A stretch of DNA of 36,606 nucleotides. Origin: an uncultured Gammaproteobacteria bacterium. Its GTDB lineage: Bacteria > Patescibacteriota > Microgenomatia > Levybacterales > UBA12049. Position 1 is the first letter of the stretch; each line of letters begins with the position of its first letter. Shown piece by piece: positions 8,680 to 17,083 of the stretch. The notes beneath the pieces were generated by a model. The model worked only from the letters and a program-made list of their open reading frames with translations, was not told where the DNA came from and made no database searches. The position numbers and the translations under genes are program-made. Location: the NCBI GenBank assembly GCA_964553595.1, contig CAZKLH010000001.1:1-36606 (forward strand), in the 5' to 3' direction.

Positions 8680-9609
8680 ATGTCCTCTCTGCCACAATTC
8701 ATTGACGAATTTTTAGAGTATTTAGAGATCGAAAGAAATTGCTCAAAGCTTACAATTCGAGACTATCGTCATTACCTTGACGTTTTTTATCAGTGGTACT
8801 CCTCTACTCTACCGTCTAAACAGATCGACGATTTAAACCTTGATGATGTGCGAAAATACAGAGTTTTTTTGGCAAACAGGACAGATATCAAAGGCTTGAC
8901 TCTTAAAAGAGTGACGCAAAATTACTATGTGATTGCACTTCGTTCGTTTTTGCGTTTTCTTATAAAACATGATCATAAAACACTGGAACCATCAAAAATA
9001 GATTTACCAAAAACCGAAAGTAGAAGTTTGAAATTTTTGGAAAAAGAGCATGTCGATAGATTGGTAACGTCTGTTGACACATCTGTTGAAGAAGGAATTC
9101 GAGATAGGGCAATTATAGAACTGTTATTTTCAACAGGGCTTCGTGTTTCTGAATTGGTAAAGCTCAACCACGCTGCAATTAATCTGGAGCGACGCGAATT
9201 TGGTGTTATTGGTAAAGGTGGACGTGCTCGTGTGGTATTTATTTCGGATCGGGCATTTGAATGGACACAGCGGTATATAAAAGAAAGGAAAGATAGGTTT
9301 AAGCCATTGTTTATACGATACTCAGGAAGGGTTGTTGAGGAAAACGATGGAGAAAAAATGAGATTAACAGCCAGGAGTGTTGAGAGGCTTGTTAAAAAAT
9401 ATGTACACCTTGCAAGATTGCCAGTTGATGCAAGCGTTCACACACTGCGACACTCTTTTGCAACTGATTTACTTACCAATGGTGCTGATTTGCGCTCTGT
9501 CCAAGAAATGCTCGGGCACAAAAATATCGCAACAACGCAAATTTATACACACGTTACCAATAAGCAGTTGCGAGACGTCCATGAGGCATTTCATTCAGGG
9601 AATAAGTAG
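8680..9609 (+). CDS. Tyrosine recombinase, XerC/XerD type
   Basis: Has a SAM-like N-terminal domain (FLEYLEIERNCSKLTIRDYRHYL). Also carries RDRAIIELLFSTGLRVSELVKL, GKGGRARVVF, and HTLRHSFATDLLTNGADLRSVQEMLGHKNIATTQIYTHV with the catalytic Tyr. Confidence 0.9.
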   Translation: MSSLPQFIDEFLEYLEIERNCSKLTIRDYRHYLDVFYQWYSSTLPSKQIDDLNLDDVRKYRVFLANRTDIKGLTLKRVTQNYYVIALRSFLRFLIKHDHKTLEPSKIDLPKTESRSLKFLEKEHVDRLVTSVDTSVEEGIRDRAIIELLFSTGLRVSELVKLNHAAINLERREFGVIGKGGRARVVFISDRAFEWTQRYIKERKDRFKPLFIRYSGRVVEENDGEKMRLTARSVERLVKKYVHLARLPVDASVHTLRHSFATDLLTNGADLRSVQEMLGHKNIATTQIYTHVTNKQLRDVHEAFHSGNK

Positions 9610-9620
9610 CAACTTCTCTA

Positions 9621-9649
9621 TTGGGAGAAGTATTTATTCATGCTATAAT
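9621..9649 (+). promoter_or_regulatory. Promoter of the 157-aa gene: TTGGGA-17 (spacer includes TGC)-TATAAT, 10 nt before the ATG
   Basis: Read directly from the sequence. It implies a 5' UTR of only about 3-4 nt. Confidence 0.45.
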
Positions 9650-9659
9650 CAGCTCGTTT

Positions 9660-10133
9660 ATGGCAAAAGAAGCATATTTTGAAGCGCAAGCCGCGGGAAT
9701 GGTTGGGGTTTTATTAGGAGACTTAAGAACAGGTAGTTTTCGTCGTCATTCTCCTGTGTTGCCTGGTGAAATAGAACACCTCCAAGACCAATTGTTGTTT
9801 GCTGCGGTGGACGGTGATGGAAACAATTTTCCAATAGGGGCAAGAATTCTTATACGAGATGCGGGAGAAATAATTGCTGGATTGGGTGGTATGTATGAAA
9901 ATCTTGGAGAAAAAATTACTGAGCTTGGAGAATATATGCTGGATGCAAAACCCGATGTTTTAAGAAGAATAATTCGTGATAGAAATCCTGGGCAAAGTGA
10001 AGGACGTCATGCAATCTGTGAGGAATTGCAAAATGTGTTTTCTAACGGACATGCAAATAGTAAAGCCTCAGATGCATTGTCAGGAGAAAGAAGAATCAAT
10101 GTTGCTAATTGGCTTTTAAACCGGTCTCGGTAA
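9660..10133 (+). CDS. 157-aa hypothetical protein
   Basis: I set the start at ATG 9660. The track's TTG at 9621 coincides with a -35-like TTGGGA placed 17 nt upstream of an extended -10, TGCTATAAT (9641-9649). The 3' end overlaps convergent pyrC by 29 nt. I recognise no domain. Confidence 0.55.
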   Translation: MAKEAYFEAQAAGMVGVLLGDLRTGSFRRHSPVLPGEIEHLQDQLLFAAVDGDGNNFPIGARILIRDAGEIIAGLGGMYENLGEKITELGEYMLDAKPDVLRRIIRDRNPGQSEGRHAICEELQNVFSNGHANSKASDALSGERRINVANWLLNRSR

Positions 10134-11472
10134 TAAATTTGCCCTGTGGATCTCCTTTTATTTTTCCGTTTTCGTATACAAGGCTTCCTCGAAGAAATGT
10201 TGCAATAGGTCTTCCTATTAGTTTCATTCCCTCATACGTTGACCAGCCGCATTTGCTTAAAATGTCTTCTTTCCTTACTTCCCACTCGTGATTTGTGTCG
10301 ATAACAACAAAGTCTGCGTCTTTTCCAACTGCAATCTCCCCTTTTTGCGAAAAGCCCAGGATTTTTGCTGGATTATACGATGCAAGCGTTGCAATTGTTG
10401 TAAGGCATTCTTCGAGAGTTTTTGTTCCAAATCTTTTTTGCCAAGCTGTTATTACTGCGGGGAGTGTTTCTTGAATATTTGGCATACCAGATGGTGCAAT
10501 CCATACATCATTTTGCATTTTTAATTCTTTTTCGTGAGGAGTGTGTTCCGAACAGAGCGAATCAACTTTTTTTTGCCGGAAGAGTTTCCATACAGCATCT
10601 TGTATTGCTTTAGAACGCAATGCTGGTGAAACTTTTATTCTATTCCCTAATTGTTTATAGTCGTCTTTATTAAATAAGAGTTGGTAGCTGACTAATTCTC
10701 CAAAAACAGCAACGCCGTTTTTCTTTGCCGAGGAAACTAGTTCAAACTCCTCGGGCGTTGAAAGATGCAATAGGAAAAGTTTTGTATTATATTTTTTTGC
10801 AATCCGAAGGGCGCGTTTTACGGCAGTTGTCACCACGTCTTGCGGCCGTACTTCTGACCAAATTTCTGGACTACTCTCCCCTCTTTCTTTATAGAGCTCG
10901 TTGTATTTGTTAATGAGATTTTGATCTTCTGCATGAATGGCAGCAAGCATGTTTCTTTTTGCCAAAATTGCGAAAATCTTTTCAAGTGTTTCGTCGTCTG
11001 GAATTGTTGTTGGTGTTGTTTCGTGCCCTGCCATAAAGATTTTTATACCAACGATTTTTTTTGGATCGACTTTTTCAAGTTGGTCAAGTGCATCAGATGC
11101 TGCTCCCATAAAAAAAGCGTAATCTGCAAACGAGCGATTGCTGTATACTGTATTGATCTTTTCATCTAACCGTTCAACCGTTGTTGTGGGTGGATTTGTG
11201 TTGGGCATGTCGATAACTGTGGTAAATCCTCCAGCAATTGCAGCAGACGTACCGTGAGGCACGTCTTCTTTTGTGGTTTGTCCTGGTTCTCTAAAATGGC
11301 CATGCACTTCGATTAGTCCCGGAAGAATATAGTGGTTTTCGAAGTTGAAAACATTTCCTAGAGATGGCTTAAATCCTGGCTCGATTCGTATTATCTTTCC
11401 GCCATCTTCAACAATTGTTGCCTGAACGATTTTATCGTTTAATACTAGTTTTCCAAATACGGCAGAAGACAT
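10105..11472 (-). CDS. pyrC: Dihydroorotase (class I, long form)
   Basis: Carries the amidohydrolase metal-binding motif LPGLIEVHGHFREPG. At 455 aa it matches the DHOase/allantoinase family in length and overall pattern, and other pyr genes lie nearby. Confidence 0.88.
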   Translation of the reverse strand: MSSAVFGKLVLNDKIVQATIVEDGGKIIRIEPGFKPSLGNVFNFENHYILPGLIEVHGHFREPGQTTKEDVPHGTSAAIAGGFTTVIDMPNTNPPTTTVERLDEKINTVYSNRSFADYAFFMGAASDALDQLEKVDPKKIVGIKIFMAGHETTPTTIPDDETLEKIFAILAKRNMLAAIHAEDQNLINKYNELYKERGESSPEIWSEVRPQDVVTTAVKRALRIAKKYNTKLFLLHLSTPEEFELVSSAKKNGVAVFGELVSYQLLFNKDDYKQLGNRIKVSPALRSKAIQDAVWKLFRQKKVDSLCSEHTPHEKELKMQNDVWIAPSGMPNIQETLPAVITAWQKRFGTKTLEECLTTIATLASYNPAKILGFSQKGEIAVGKDADFVVIDTNHEWEVRKEDILSKCGWSTYEGMKLIGRPIATFLRGSLVYENGKIKGDPQGKFITETGLKAN

Positions 11473-11481
11473 AGGTATATA

Positions 11482-13152
11482 TTATTGTTTTACAACGGGT
11501 ACTACTTTTGTTTGCAAGGTTCCAGTAGCAGTTTTGTAAATCTCGATATTCTTTTCCCAAGCTGGATCCATAGTTGGATAATCACTTCGATAATGGGCTC
11601 CCCTGCTCTCTTTGCGTTTTATAGCGCTTATAATTATTGCTTGCGCTGTTATAACCATTTCTTGTAATTCCAAACACATCTGTAATTCTTTTTTGTTTTT
11701 TGCTACGACGTTCGCTGCTTCTTTTTGTATTTTTTTAATTTCTTGCTCGGCAATTTTTAACTTTTTTTCATCTCGGATGAGCCCGACATTATGCCACATG
11801 AGTGTTTGTAATTTGTTCAAAACAACATGCACATCAGACCCTTTTGTCTTTTTTAAAAACGAGTTAATCCGAGCTTCCTCTTTTTTAATTTCAGAATCAA
11901 GAATAGACATCTGTTCCTTTTCGCTGCTTTCTTTCGCTGCTGCAATCCCGACGCGTCTGCCAAATACTTGCCCTTCGGCAATAGAATTTCCGCCCAACCT
12001 ATTTGCGCCGTGAATATTTCGTGTTACTTCTCCAGCGGCAAAAAGTCCATCAACCGATGTGTTTCCCCATTCAGAAATATTAATTCCCCCCATCATGTGA
12101 TGCATCGATGGATACACTTCCATGAGCTGTTTTCGGATATCAATCCCCTCTTCCTTAAAATCTGAAAAAACATCGGGAATCAGTTTTTCGACATCTCCTT
12201 TTTTCCAATGCCTTACATCCAAGTACACTCCTCCATTTTTTGTTCCTCTCCCCTCCTCGACTTCTTGATAAATTGCCCGAGCGACTTCATCGCGTCCTGC
12301 CAATTCCATTCGTTTTGGCTGATATTTTGTCATAAAGCGTTCACCAAGTGTATTTGTTAACATGCCACCGTGACCCCTCACCTTTTCGGTTATCAGTCTC
12401 CCTTTTTTGTTGTTTGGGTATGCGATGCCAGTTGGGTGGAACTGAATCATCTCCATGTCTACCAGTTTTGCGCCAGCATCCAAGGCCCATGCATACCCCT
12501 CGCCAGTATTTGTTGGTGCATTGGTATTAATCAGGTAAAGCATTCCTCCCCCGCCAGTTGCAACAATGGTTGTTTTTGCTTCTATAATAGAGATTTTTTG
12601 CGTGTTTAAATCTAAAACAAGCGCTCCAACAACAGAACCTTTATTGGTAAAAAGTTTGGTGACAAAATGATCTTCAAGATACGGAATGTTCAATTTCTTT
12701 ATTTCTTTTACCAATCCTTGCATCATTTCCCGTCCTGTATAATCGCCTGCGCAAAGATTTAATGGTGCTGATTGTTTTCCCCCAGCCCAGGTGTAGAATG
12801 TGCCATCGGGAAGCTTATCAAACTTTACTCCATAACTTTCTAAATCATAAATCCTTTCTGGCATTTCTTCTGAGAATATTTTCGCCATTTTATAGTTGTT
12901 AATATGCCATCCGCCATTAATAGTGTCGTCAAAATGTTGCTTTGGTGTTGCTGGGGCCTTTATAGCAACATTAATCCCTCCCATTGCCATGCTGGTGTGC
13001 GCATCGCCAAGTTTTTCTTTAACAATAATAAGCGTTTTTGCCTGTAGTTGTGCACTTTCGATTGCAGCTCGAAGGCCTGCTCCCCCGCCGCCGATAACCA
13101 ATACATCGGTTGTAATTGTTTTAAAATCTTTTTTGAGGATTTTTTTCTTCAT
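11482..13152 (-). CDS. FAD-dependent oxidoreductase, SdhA/FrdA/NadB flavoprotein family (orphan; no Fe-S or membrane subunits adjacent)
   Basis: Dinucleotide-binding motif VLVIGGGGAGLRAAIE. Also has AHTSMAMGGINVA (SdhA-like His region), QFHPTG, RGHGG, HGANRLGGNS and ESRGAHYRSDYP. Confidence 0.85.
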   Translation of the reverse strand: MKKKILKKDFKTITTDVLVIGGGGAGLRAAIESAQLQAKTLIIVKEKLGDAHTSMAMGGINVAIKAPATPKQHFDDTINGGWHINNYKMAKIFSEEMPERIYDLESYGVKFDKLPDGTFYTWAGGKQSAPLNLCAGDYTGREMMQGLVKEIKKLNIPYLEDHFVTKLFTNKGSVVGALVLDLNTQKISIIEAKTTIVATGGGGMLYLINTNAPTNTGEGYAWALDAGAKLVDMEMIQFHPTGIAYPNNKKGRLITEKVRGHGGMLTNTLGERFMTKYQPKRMELAGRDEVARAIYQEVEEGRGTKNGGVYLDVRHWKKGDVEKLIPDVFSDFKEEGIDIRKQLMEVYPSMHHMMGGINISEWGNTSVDGLFAAGEVTRNIHGANRLGGNSIAEGQVFGRRVGIAAAKESSEKEQMSILDSEIKKEEARINSFLKKTKGSDVHVVLNKLQTLMWHNVGLIRDEKKLKIAEQEIKKIQKEAANVVAKNKKELQMCLELQEMVITAQAIIISAIKRKESRGAHYRSDYPTMDPAWEKNIEIYKTATGTLQTKVVPVVKQ

Positions 13153-13216
13153 ATTATTTTGCAGTTTATTATAACAAATCTTTGTGTGGTTCTCTGTCTT
13201 AAAATGATGAGATGAT

Positions 13217-13245
13217 TTGAATATTTCTTGTTAAGCATTTATACT
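13217..13245 (+). promoter_or_regulatory. Promoter of the 203-aa gene: TTGAAT-17-TATACT-7-GTG
   Basis: Read directly from the sequence. Confidence 0.5.
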
Positions 13246-13252
13246 TCTTTGC

Positions 13253-13864
13253 GTGATTGGAGAAAACAGAGCGCGAATACAAGGCTTGGAAAGATTTGTC
13301 GATGACTCCTATGATTATCGAGATAGTTATTATGATCTAAATCCTGCCGCCCTTGGTGAAGATCTTGCCAAAGATATTAAAGTATGGTTGGAGGAAAACG
13401 GGCGGCAACTCCCGCAGGGTGCAACCTACTTGGCGATGGGCGCAGGTCAAGCAATTCCTGAATTTGCTTTAGCAAGATCATTGGGAATTTCTGATCAAAA
13501 TCTCACGCTTTTAGACAAAAAATTCTCCTCGGCTACTCTTATGCATTTTAAAAGAGAGCATCCAGCTGTGCAAATAATCGAAGAAAACGCATTTAGATTT
13601 CTTTCTCGGGATCAGAAAGGAAAGTATTCTGCTATATCAGCTATTAGTATGGAATATGCGTTTCGAAAAGGGTCGATGCCAGGATTTATTGAAGCCTTGT
13701 CTTTTATTGTTTCCCCTGGAAGTTTTGCAGCAGTTCATCCGTATTTTGGTAATGAGGATATGAATCTTTGGCAGCAAAACGGTTTTGAGCCTCTTTTTTC
13801 TAGTCCAAATATTCTGCGACCACCTACATATCATATGGTGTTTCAAGGAAAAGGGAGAAGTTAA
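13253..13864 (+). CDS. 203-aa hypothetical protein, possibly a class I SAM-methyltransferase-like fold
   Basis: The GTG start lies 7 nt after TATACT, with TTGAAT 17 nt further upstream. YLAMGAGQA weakly resembles methyltransferase motif I. The domain assignment is weak. Confidence 0.55.
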   Translation: MIGENRARIQGLERFVDDSYDYRDSYYDLNPAALGEDLAKDIKVWLEENGRQLPQGATYLAMGAGQAIPEFALARSLGISDQNLTLLDKKFSSATLMHFKREHPAVQIIEENAFRFLSRDQKGKYSAISAISMEYAFRKGSMPGFIEALSFIVSPGSFAAVHPYFGNEDMNLWQQNGFEPLFSSPNILRPPTYHMVFQGKGRS

Positions 13865-13884
13865 TGCAGCGTTGATGATATCTG

Positions 13885-14352
13885 TTAGGTTGGAATAATC
13901 GTAGCGCTTGGAGTAGCGGATGGTGTAATACTTGCTTCAGGGGTAGCTGTTGGGGTGTCAGTTGGTGGAACATCAGTAGGAGCTGGCGTAGGAGTATCTG
14001 TTGGGGGTGTTGTTGGCGTTTGTGTTGGAGTTGCAGTATCCCCGCTCGTTGGGATAGTCGTCGATGTTGGGGTTGATGGTGCAGGCGGTATTGGAGTATT
14101 GGATGGGCTTGGAGTTGGAACGCCTGTTTCTATAGTACTTGATCCAGCGACTTGACCTGTTGGCTTTGGTCTTCCAAATAAGTTAAACGAGTTAAACGGA
14201 TCAGCTTGAGAAGACTTTCCGGATCCAAATAATATTATTGCTCCGACAAAAACGATAATCGTAGCAGACGATAACACTACGACCAATGGAAAAGACGCCC
14301 GAGGCTCTGTTTCTTTTTGCGGTTCTTCCATGGGAACAAAAGATGGATCCAT
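13885..14352 (-). CDS. Membrane-anchored Pro/Thr-rich low-complexity protein
   Basis: An N-terminal TM anchor (FPLVVVLSSATIIVFVGAIILF) is followed by PTPSPSNTPIPPAPSTPTSTT... repeats. Confidence 0.6.
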   Translation of the reverse strand: MDPSFVPMEEPQKETEPRASFPLVVVLSSATIIVFVGAIILFGSGKSSQADPFNSFNLFGRPKPTGQVAGSSTIETGVPTPSPSNTPIPPAPSTPTSTTIPTSGDTATPTQTPTTPPTDTPTPAPTDVPPTDTPTATPEASITPSATPSATIIPT

Positions 14353-14412
14353 ATAGCAGAGTCTATTTTACAACAGAATTATAATAAGTGCGAAGCGGTA
14401 AAGAAGGGTTCG

Positions 14413-15106
14413 TTATCCCCTTCCTTTTGTTTGAGTTGGAAATCTTCCTGCAAGTGCAGCTTTATCATATTCAAGAGTAACTGCTCGTATTATTTTATAG
14501 AGATCCTGGGGGGATAATGGGACTACTTTAGATGAATGAGCTGTATTTATAGACTGTTCATTCTCAGAAGTATATATGTCAGAAAATGCTATTCCTCGTG
14601 GAGTAAAATCATCGACAACTTGATACTCAACCGTCGTGAATGGATTGGGATAGTCGGGAATATTTGAAACTTCATTGGTATATGCATACGCGCTAGGATT
14701 TTGTATAGCTACTATCCGAAATGTATGATAGTTATTATCGCGTTGAAATGTCTCATTTGGTAATGGTTGTGGTGTCTCATTCTGTCTTGTATATCGTATT
14801 AAAGAAACCATTTCTCCGTTTTTCGTAAAAAAATTCACCTCTCTCATATGTACGATCAATGTCACTTGATGTTGCTTCATTCATATGTGGCTTCCCATCT
14901 TTAAAGACAAGATCAAATTGCTCATTGAACTGCCGTGTCGTTACTGTTTCTCTTCCTTCAAAAAGAAATTGTACTGGAGGTGTTTGGTCAGTAATGACCC
15001 CTAATGCGTGAAGGATATCTGGTATCTGAGGGATGCTTTGTGTTGCTAAGACGCCTGCTCCTATGCCTGCAAGAAACATTTGTCTTCGAGTAAATGAATC
15101 CTTCAT
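14413..15106 (-). pseudogene. Tat-signal secreted protein gene split into two overlapping frames at a T7 (A7 on +) homopolymer
   Basis: The upstream frame (15106->14777) starts with the twin-arginine signal MKDSFTRRQMFLAGIGAGVLA. The downstream frame (14880->14413) is offset by +1. Removing one T from the T7 run (plus-strand A7 at 14827-14833) fuses them into one ORF of about 230 aa. Confidence 0.55.
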
Positions 15107-15185
15107 TAGTTGTGTATGGTAAGATACTTTTGTTTTAAAGTCAATGTTGAGAATCGGTGGAGGGCTAAGGCTTCGTTTGACGCAG

Positions 15186-15317
15186 TTACTTCTTCTTTCT
15201 CTTGCTTTTCTTGACTTTTTTTAAAGCCAGCATTTGGCGCTTTATTTCAAGTCGTTTTTTAGTTTTGTGTGAATGGGATCTTTTTTTCTTTCCTACTCCT
15301 GTATCTCTTTTTGCCAT
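15186..15317 (-). CDS. 43-aa highly basic small protein
   Basis: Translation: MAKRDTGVGKKKRSHSHKTKKRLEIKRQMLALKKVKKSKRKKK. The start was moved to ATG 15317, which lies 6 nt after TATAAT (15324-15329). The track's longer version would run through the csp terminator. Confidence 0.5.
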   Translation of the reverse strand: MAKRDTGVGKKKRSHSHKTKKRLEIKRQMLALKKVKKSKRKKK

Positions 15318-15393
15318 ACATATATTATACACTATTTTTTCTGGGCATGTGACACATGCTGTATGGATTCTGAACTGTCTTCTTTTAGTCCAC

Positions 15394-15416
15394 AAAAAAC
15401 CTTGCGCGAGGCAAGG
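15394..15416 (-). terminator. Rho-independent terminator downstream of csp
   Basis: The minus strand reads CCTTGC-ctcgc-GCAAGG-TTTTTT and begins 26 nt after the csp stop. Confidence 0.7.
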
Positions 15417-15441
15417 CTTCTTGTTCCATTTGACAATGGTA

Positions 15442-15639
15442 TTAGGCGAGCTTTACATTTTTTGCACTTGGTCCTTTTTCGCCATCAACAACGTCAAATG
15501 TAACGGCTGCTCCAATTTGAATTTCATCAAAAGTAACACCGACTAAATCTTTCGAGTGAAAGAAAAGATCTTTGGTTTCTCCCTCACGAGAGATAAATCC
15601 AAATCCTCTATCTGTTTTTGTTTTAACTGTTCCGTTCAT
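15442..15639 (-). CDS. Cold-shock protein, CspA family
   Basis: 65 aa, with an RNP1-like motif in DRGFGFISREG and an overall CSD pattern. An intrinsic terminator follows. Confidence 0.92.
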   Translation of the reverse strand: MNGTVKTKTDRGFGFISREGETKDLFFHSKDLVGVTFDEIQIGAAVTFDVVDGEKGPSAKNVKLA

Positions 15640-15728
15640 AGTATTTTTGATAGATTTATTGAGTAAATCTACTATATCATCCTCCTTTCCTCGTTATAGT
15701 ATATCATTTTAGACGACAAATTATTATA
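15640..15728 (-). promoter_or_regulatory. Long csp 5' leader with an upstream TATAAT (15723-15728)
   Basis: The leader is about 80 nt, unlike the leaderless neighbours. It contains AAGGAGGATGATATAG, a strong SD fused to a 2-codon mini-ORF. The csp AUG itself has no SD. Confidence 0.4.
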
Positions 15729-15754
15729 CCTAATAGGTGGAATGCCAAAGAGGA

Positions 15755-16144
15755 TTATTTCGTAATCCATTGTTGAATTTCCCAGATGTGTCCGTCGGGG
15801 TCGGTAAAATAGGCAGTTCGTTGCCCCCAGGCTTGTGTGGTTGGCTCTTTTATAAATATGACGCCTTTTTGCTTGAGGCCTTGAAATTCTTTATCAATAT
15901 CTTTTGACTGCGGAAATGTATATATCGCTCCCCCAGCATGTTTCATGTATTGGTTTCCCACCAGTTTTTCAATCTGGGTTCTGCCATATATTGCAAGAAA
16001 ACAGTTTTTTAATGTAAATTGACAAAATTCTTCCTCTGGAATTTCCCGTTCAACTCTAAAATCCAAAATATCTTTGTAAAACGTAATCGACTCTTTATAA
16101 TTATCGGTAATTAAAATAATCCATTCTACTCCTCTTTCTTCCAT
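15755..16144 (-). CDS. VOC-family (glyoxalase/bleomycin-resistance/dioxygenase) protein
   Basis: 129 aa. The C-terminal AYFTDPDGHIWEI motif is typical of VOC proteins. The start lies 6 nt after TGTTATAAT. Confidence 0.8.
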   Translation of the reverse strand: MEERGVEWIILITDNYKESITFYKDILDFRVEREIPEEEFCQFTLKNCFLAIYGRTQIEKLVGNQYMKHAGGAIYTFPQSKDIDKEFQGLKQKGVIFIKEPTTQAWGQRTAYFTDPDGHIWEIQQWITK

Positions 16145-16185
16145 GGTGTGATTATAACAAATCTCAGTTGGGGTATTTTATGAGG

Positions 16186-16578
16186 TCAAGATTCAAACCA
16201 GATTGGGCTTTTGTTTTTTGAGTTATAACTAACGGTTATTTCATCATCTTTTTTAATGTCTGCTAAAGCCACGAAATCAATGACTTTTTCTTTTTGTTTG
16301 TACTTGTACGTTGCGTTTGATTGGTCGGTGTGGTTGTAGAGTGATCCAAAACCCAACGCGAGCATCATTTGCTCCTTCTTTTTACCAAAAAAGAAAAAGT
16401 AGGTAACAAGAAAACCTTCGCTTGCATGAGGTATTTCGTATTCTGGAATCTCGATAACGGGGCATTTTTCTATAATCTCGCCCTTCTTAATAGCACATTT
16501 TGCAAAGACTCCCCGCCCGGCATTTTTCATTCTTGATTGGGAAACATATATACTAGTGGCGGGAGCGAGTCTATTCAT
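16186..16578 (-). CDS. SET-domain protein (putative protein-lysine methyltransferase)
   Basis: Has GRGVFAKCAIKKGEII, GFGSLYNHTDQSNA (the NH..xN region) and DDEITVSYN, which are the hallmark SET motifs. 130 aa. Stop is TGA. Confidence 0.8.
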   Translation of the reverse strand: MNRLAPATSIYVSQSRMKNAGRGVFAKCAIKKGEIIEKCPVIEIPEYEIPHASEGFLVTYFFFFGKKKEQMMLALGFGSLYNHTDQSNATYKYKQKEKVIDFVALADIKKDDEITVSYNSKNKSPIWFES

Positions 16579-16584
16579 TTATGG

Positions 16585-16593
16585 ATTATATCA
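16585..16593 (-). promoter_or_regulatory. Extended -10 (TGATATAAT) 6 nt upstream of the SET-domain ATG
   Basis: Read directly from the sequence. No good -35 is present. Confidence 0.45.
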
Positions 16594-16672
16594 AAAATAC
16601 TCCTGAGGCTATGTATGTCTAAGGCTGGATTGTGCGTGAAATGTTAGGTATGACTCTCTATTAAAACATGAT

Positions 16673-16840
16673 TTAATCATTGAGTAATACGCCATCAGTT
16701 TTTTCAGGTATTGTTGGCCATGCAATCGGTTGCCAGTCAATTCGGTTCCTGCTTAGATTTTTTCTCCGCTCCTGACATATAGAAAACCACATATGAAATT
16801 GTTTTTCTTTGGAAATATATTGTTTTTGGTTGCCACTCAT
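16673..16840 (-). CDS. 55-aa small protein
   Basis: Not in the ORF track. The ATG is preceded by GAGGTGAGATATT, a strong SD. Translation: MSGNQKQYISKEKQFHMWFSICQERRKNLSRNRIDWQPIAWPTIPEKTDGVLLND. Confidence 0.45.
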   Translation of the reverse strand: MSGNQKQYISKEKQFHMWFSICQERRKNLSRNRIDWQPIAWPTIPEKTDGVLLND

Positions 16841-16885
16841 AATATCTCACCTCTTTTCATGTATCTTAACTATATACTGTGCTAG

Positions 16886-17053
16886 CTAGATCTCTTCCTC
16901 GTGTCCTTCCATAGATTTATCTGTTGTATATCGGTAAATTATTCTTCCTCCTGTTTCCGCTACCGAAAAAAGGATGCTAATTAAAAACCAGAACCACGTA
17001 AACTGTGCGGAAGGAGACAAGAAAACAAGTAATAAGTAAAATAAGGTTGCCAT
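16886..17053 (-). CDS. 55-aa hydrophobic microprotein (tentative)
   Basis: Not in the ORF track. The N-terminus MATLFYLLLVFLSPSAQFTWFWFLISILF is TM-like. It lies 30 nt downstream of the LapA-like gene. No clear SD. Confidence 0.3.
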   Translation of the reverse strand: MATLFYLLLVFLSPSAQFTWFWFLISILFSVAETGGRIIYRYTTDKSMEGHEEEI

Positions 17054-17083
17054 ACGAAAACCATTTTATACATGCATAAATTA

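Noticed and set aside
8680-9609. The tyrosine recombinase as the integrase of a mobile element
   Set aside because: The sequence has the housekeeping XerC/XerD architecture and motifs. No attachment-site repeats, tRNA or phage/ICE genes are adjacent. It may still be worth a phylogenetic check.
13930-14160. Repetitive GGTG/GTTGG-rich DNA suggesting a tandem repeat or array
   Set aside because: It is the antisense of Pro/Thr codon repeats inside the P/T-rich protein gene. It is coding low complexity with no regular repeat-spacer structure.
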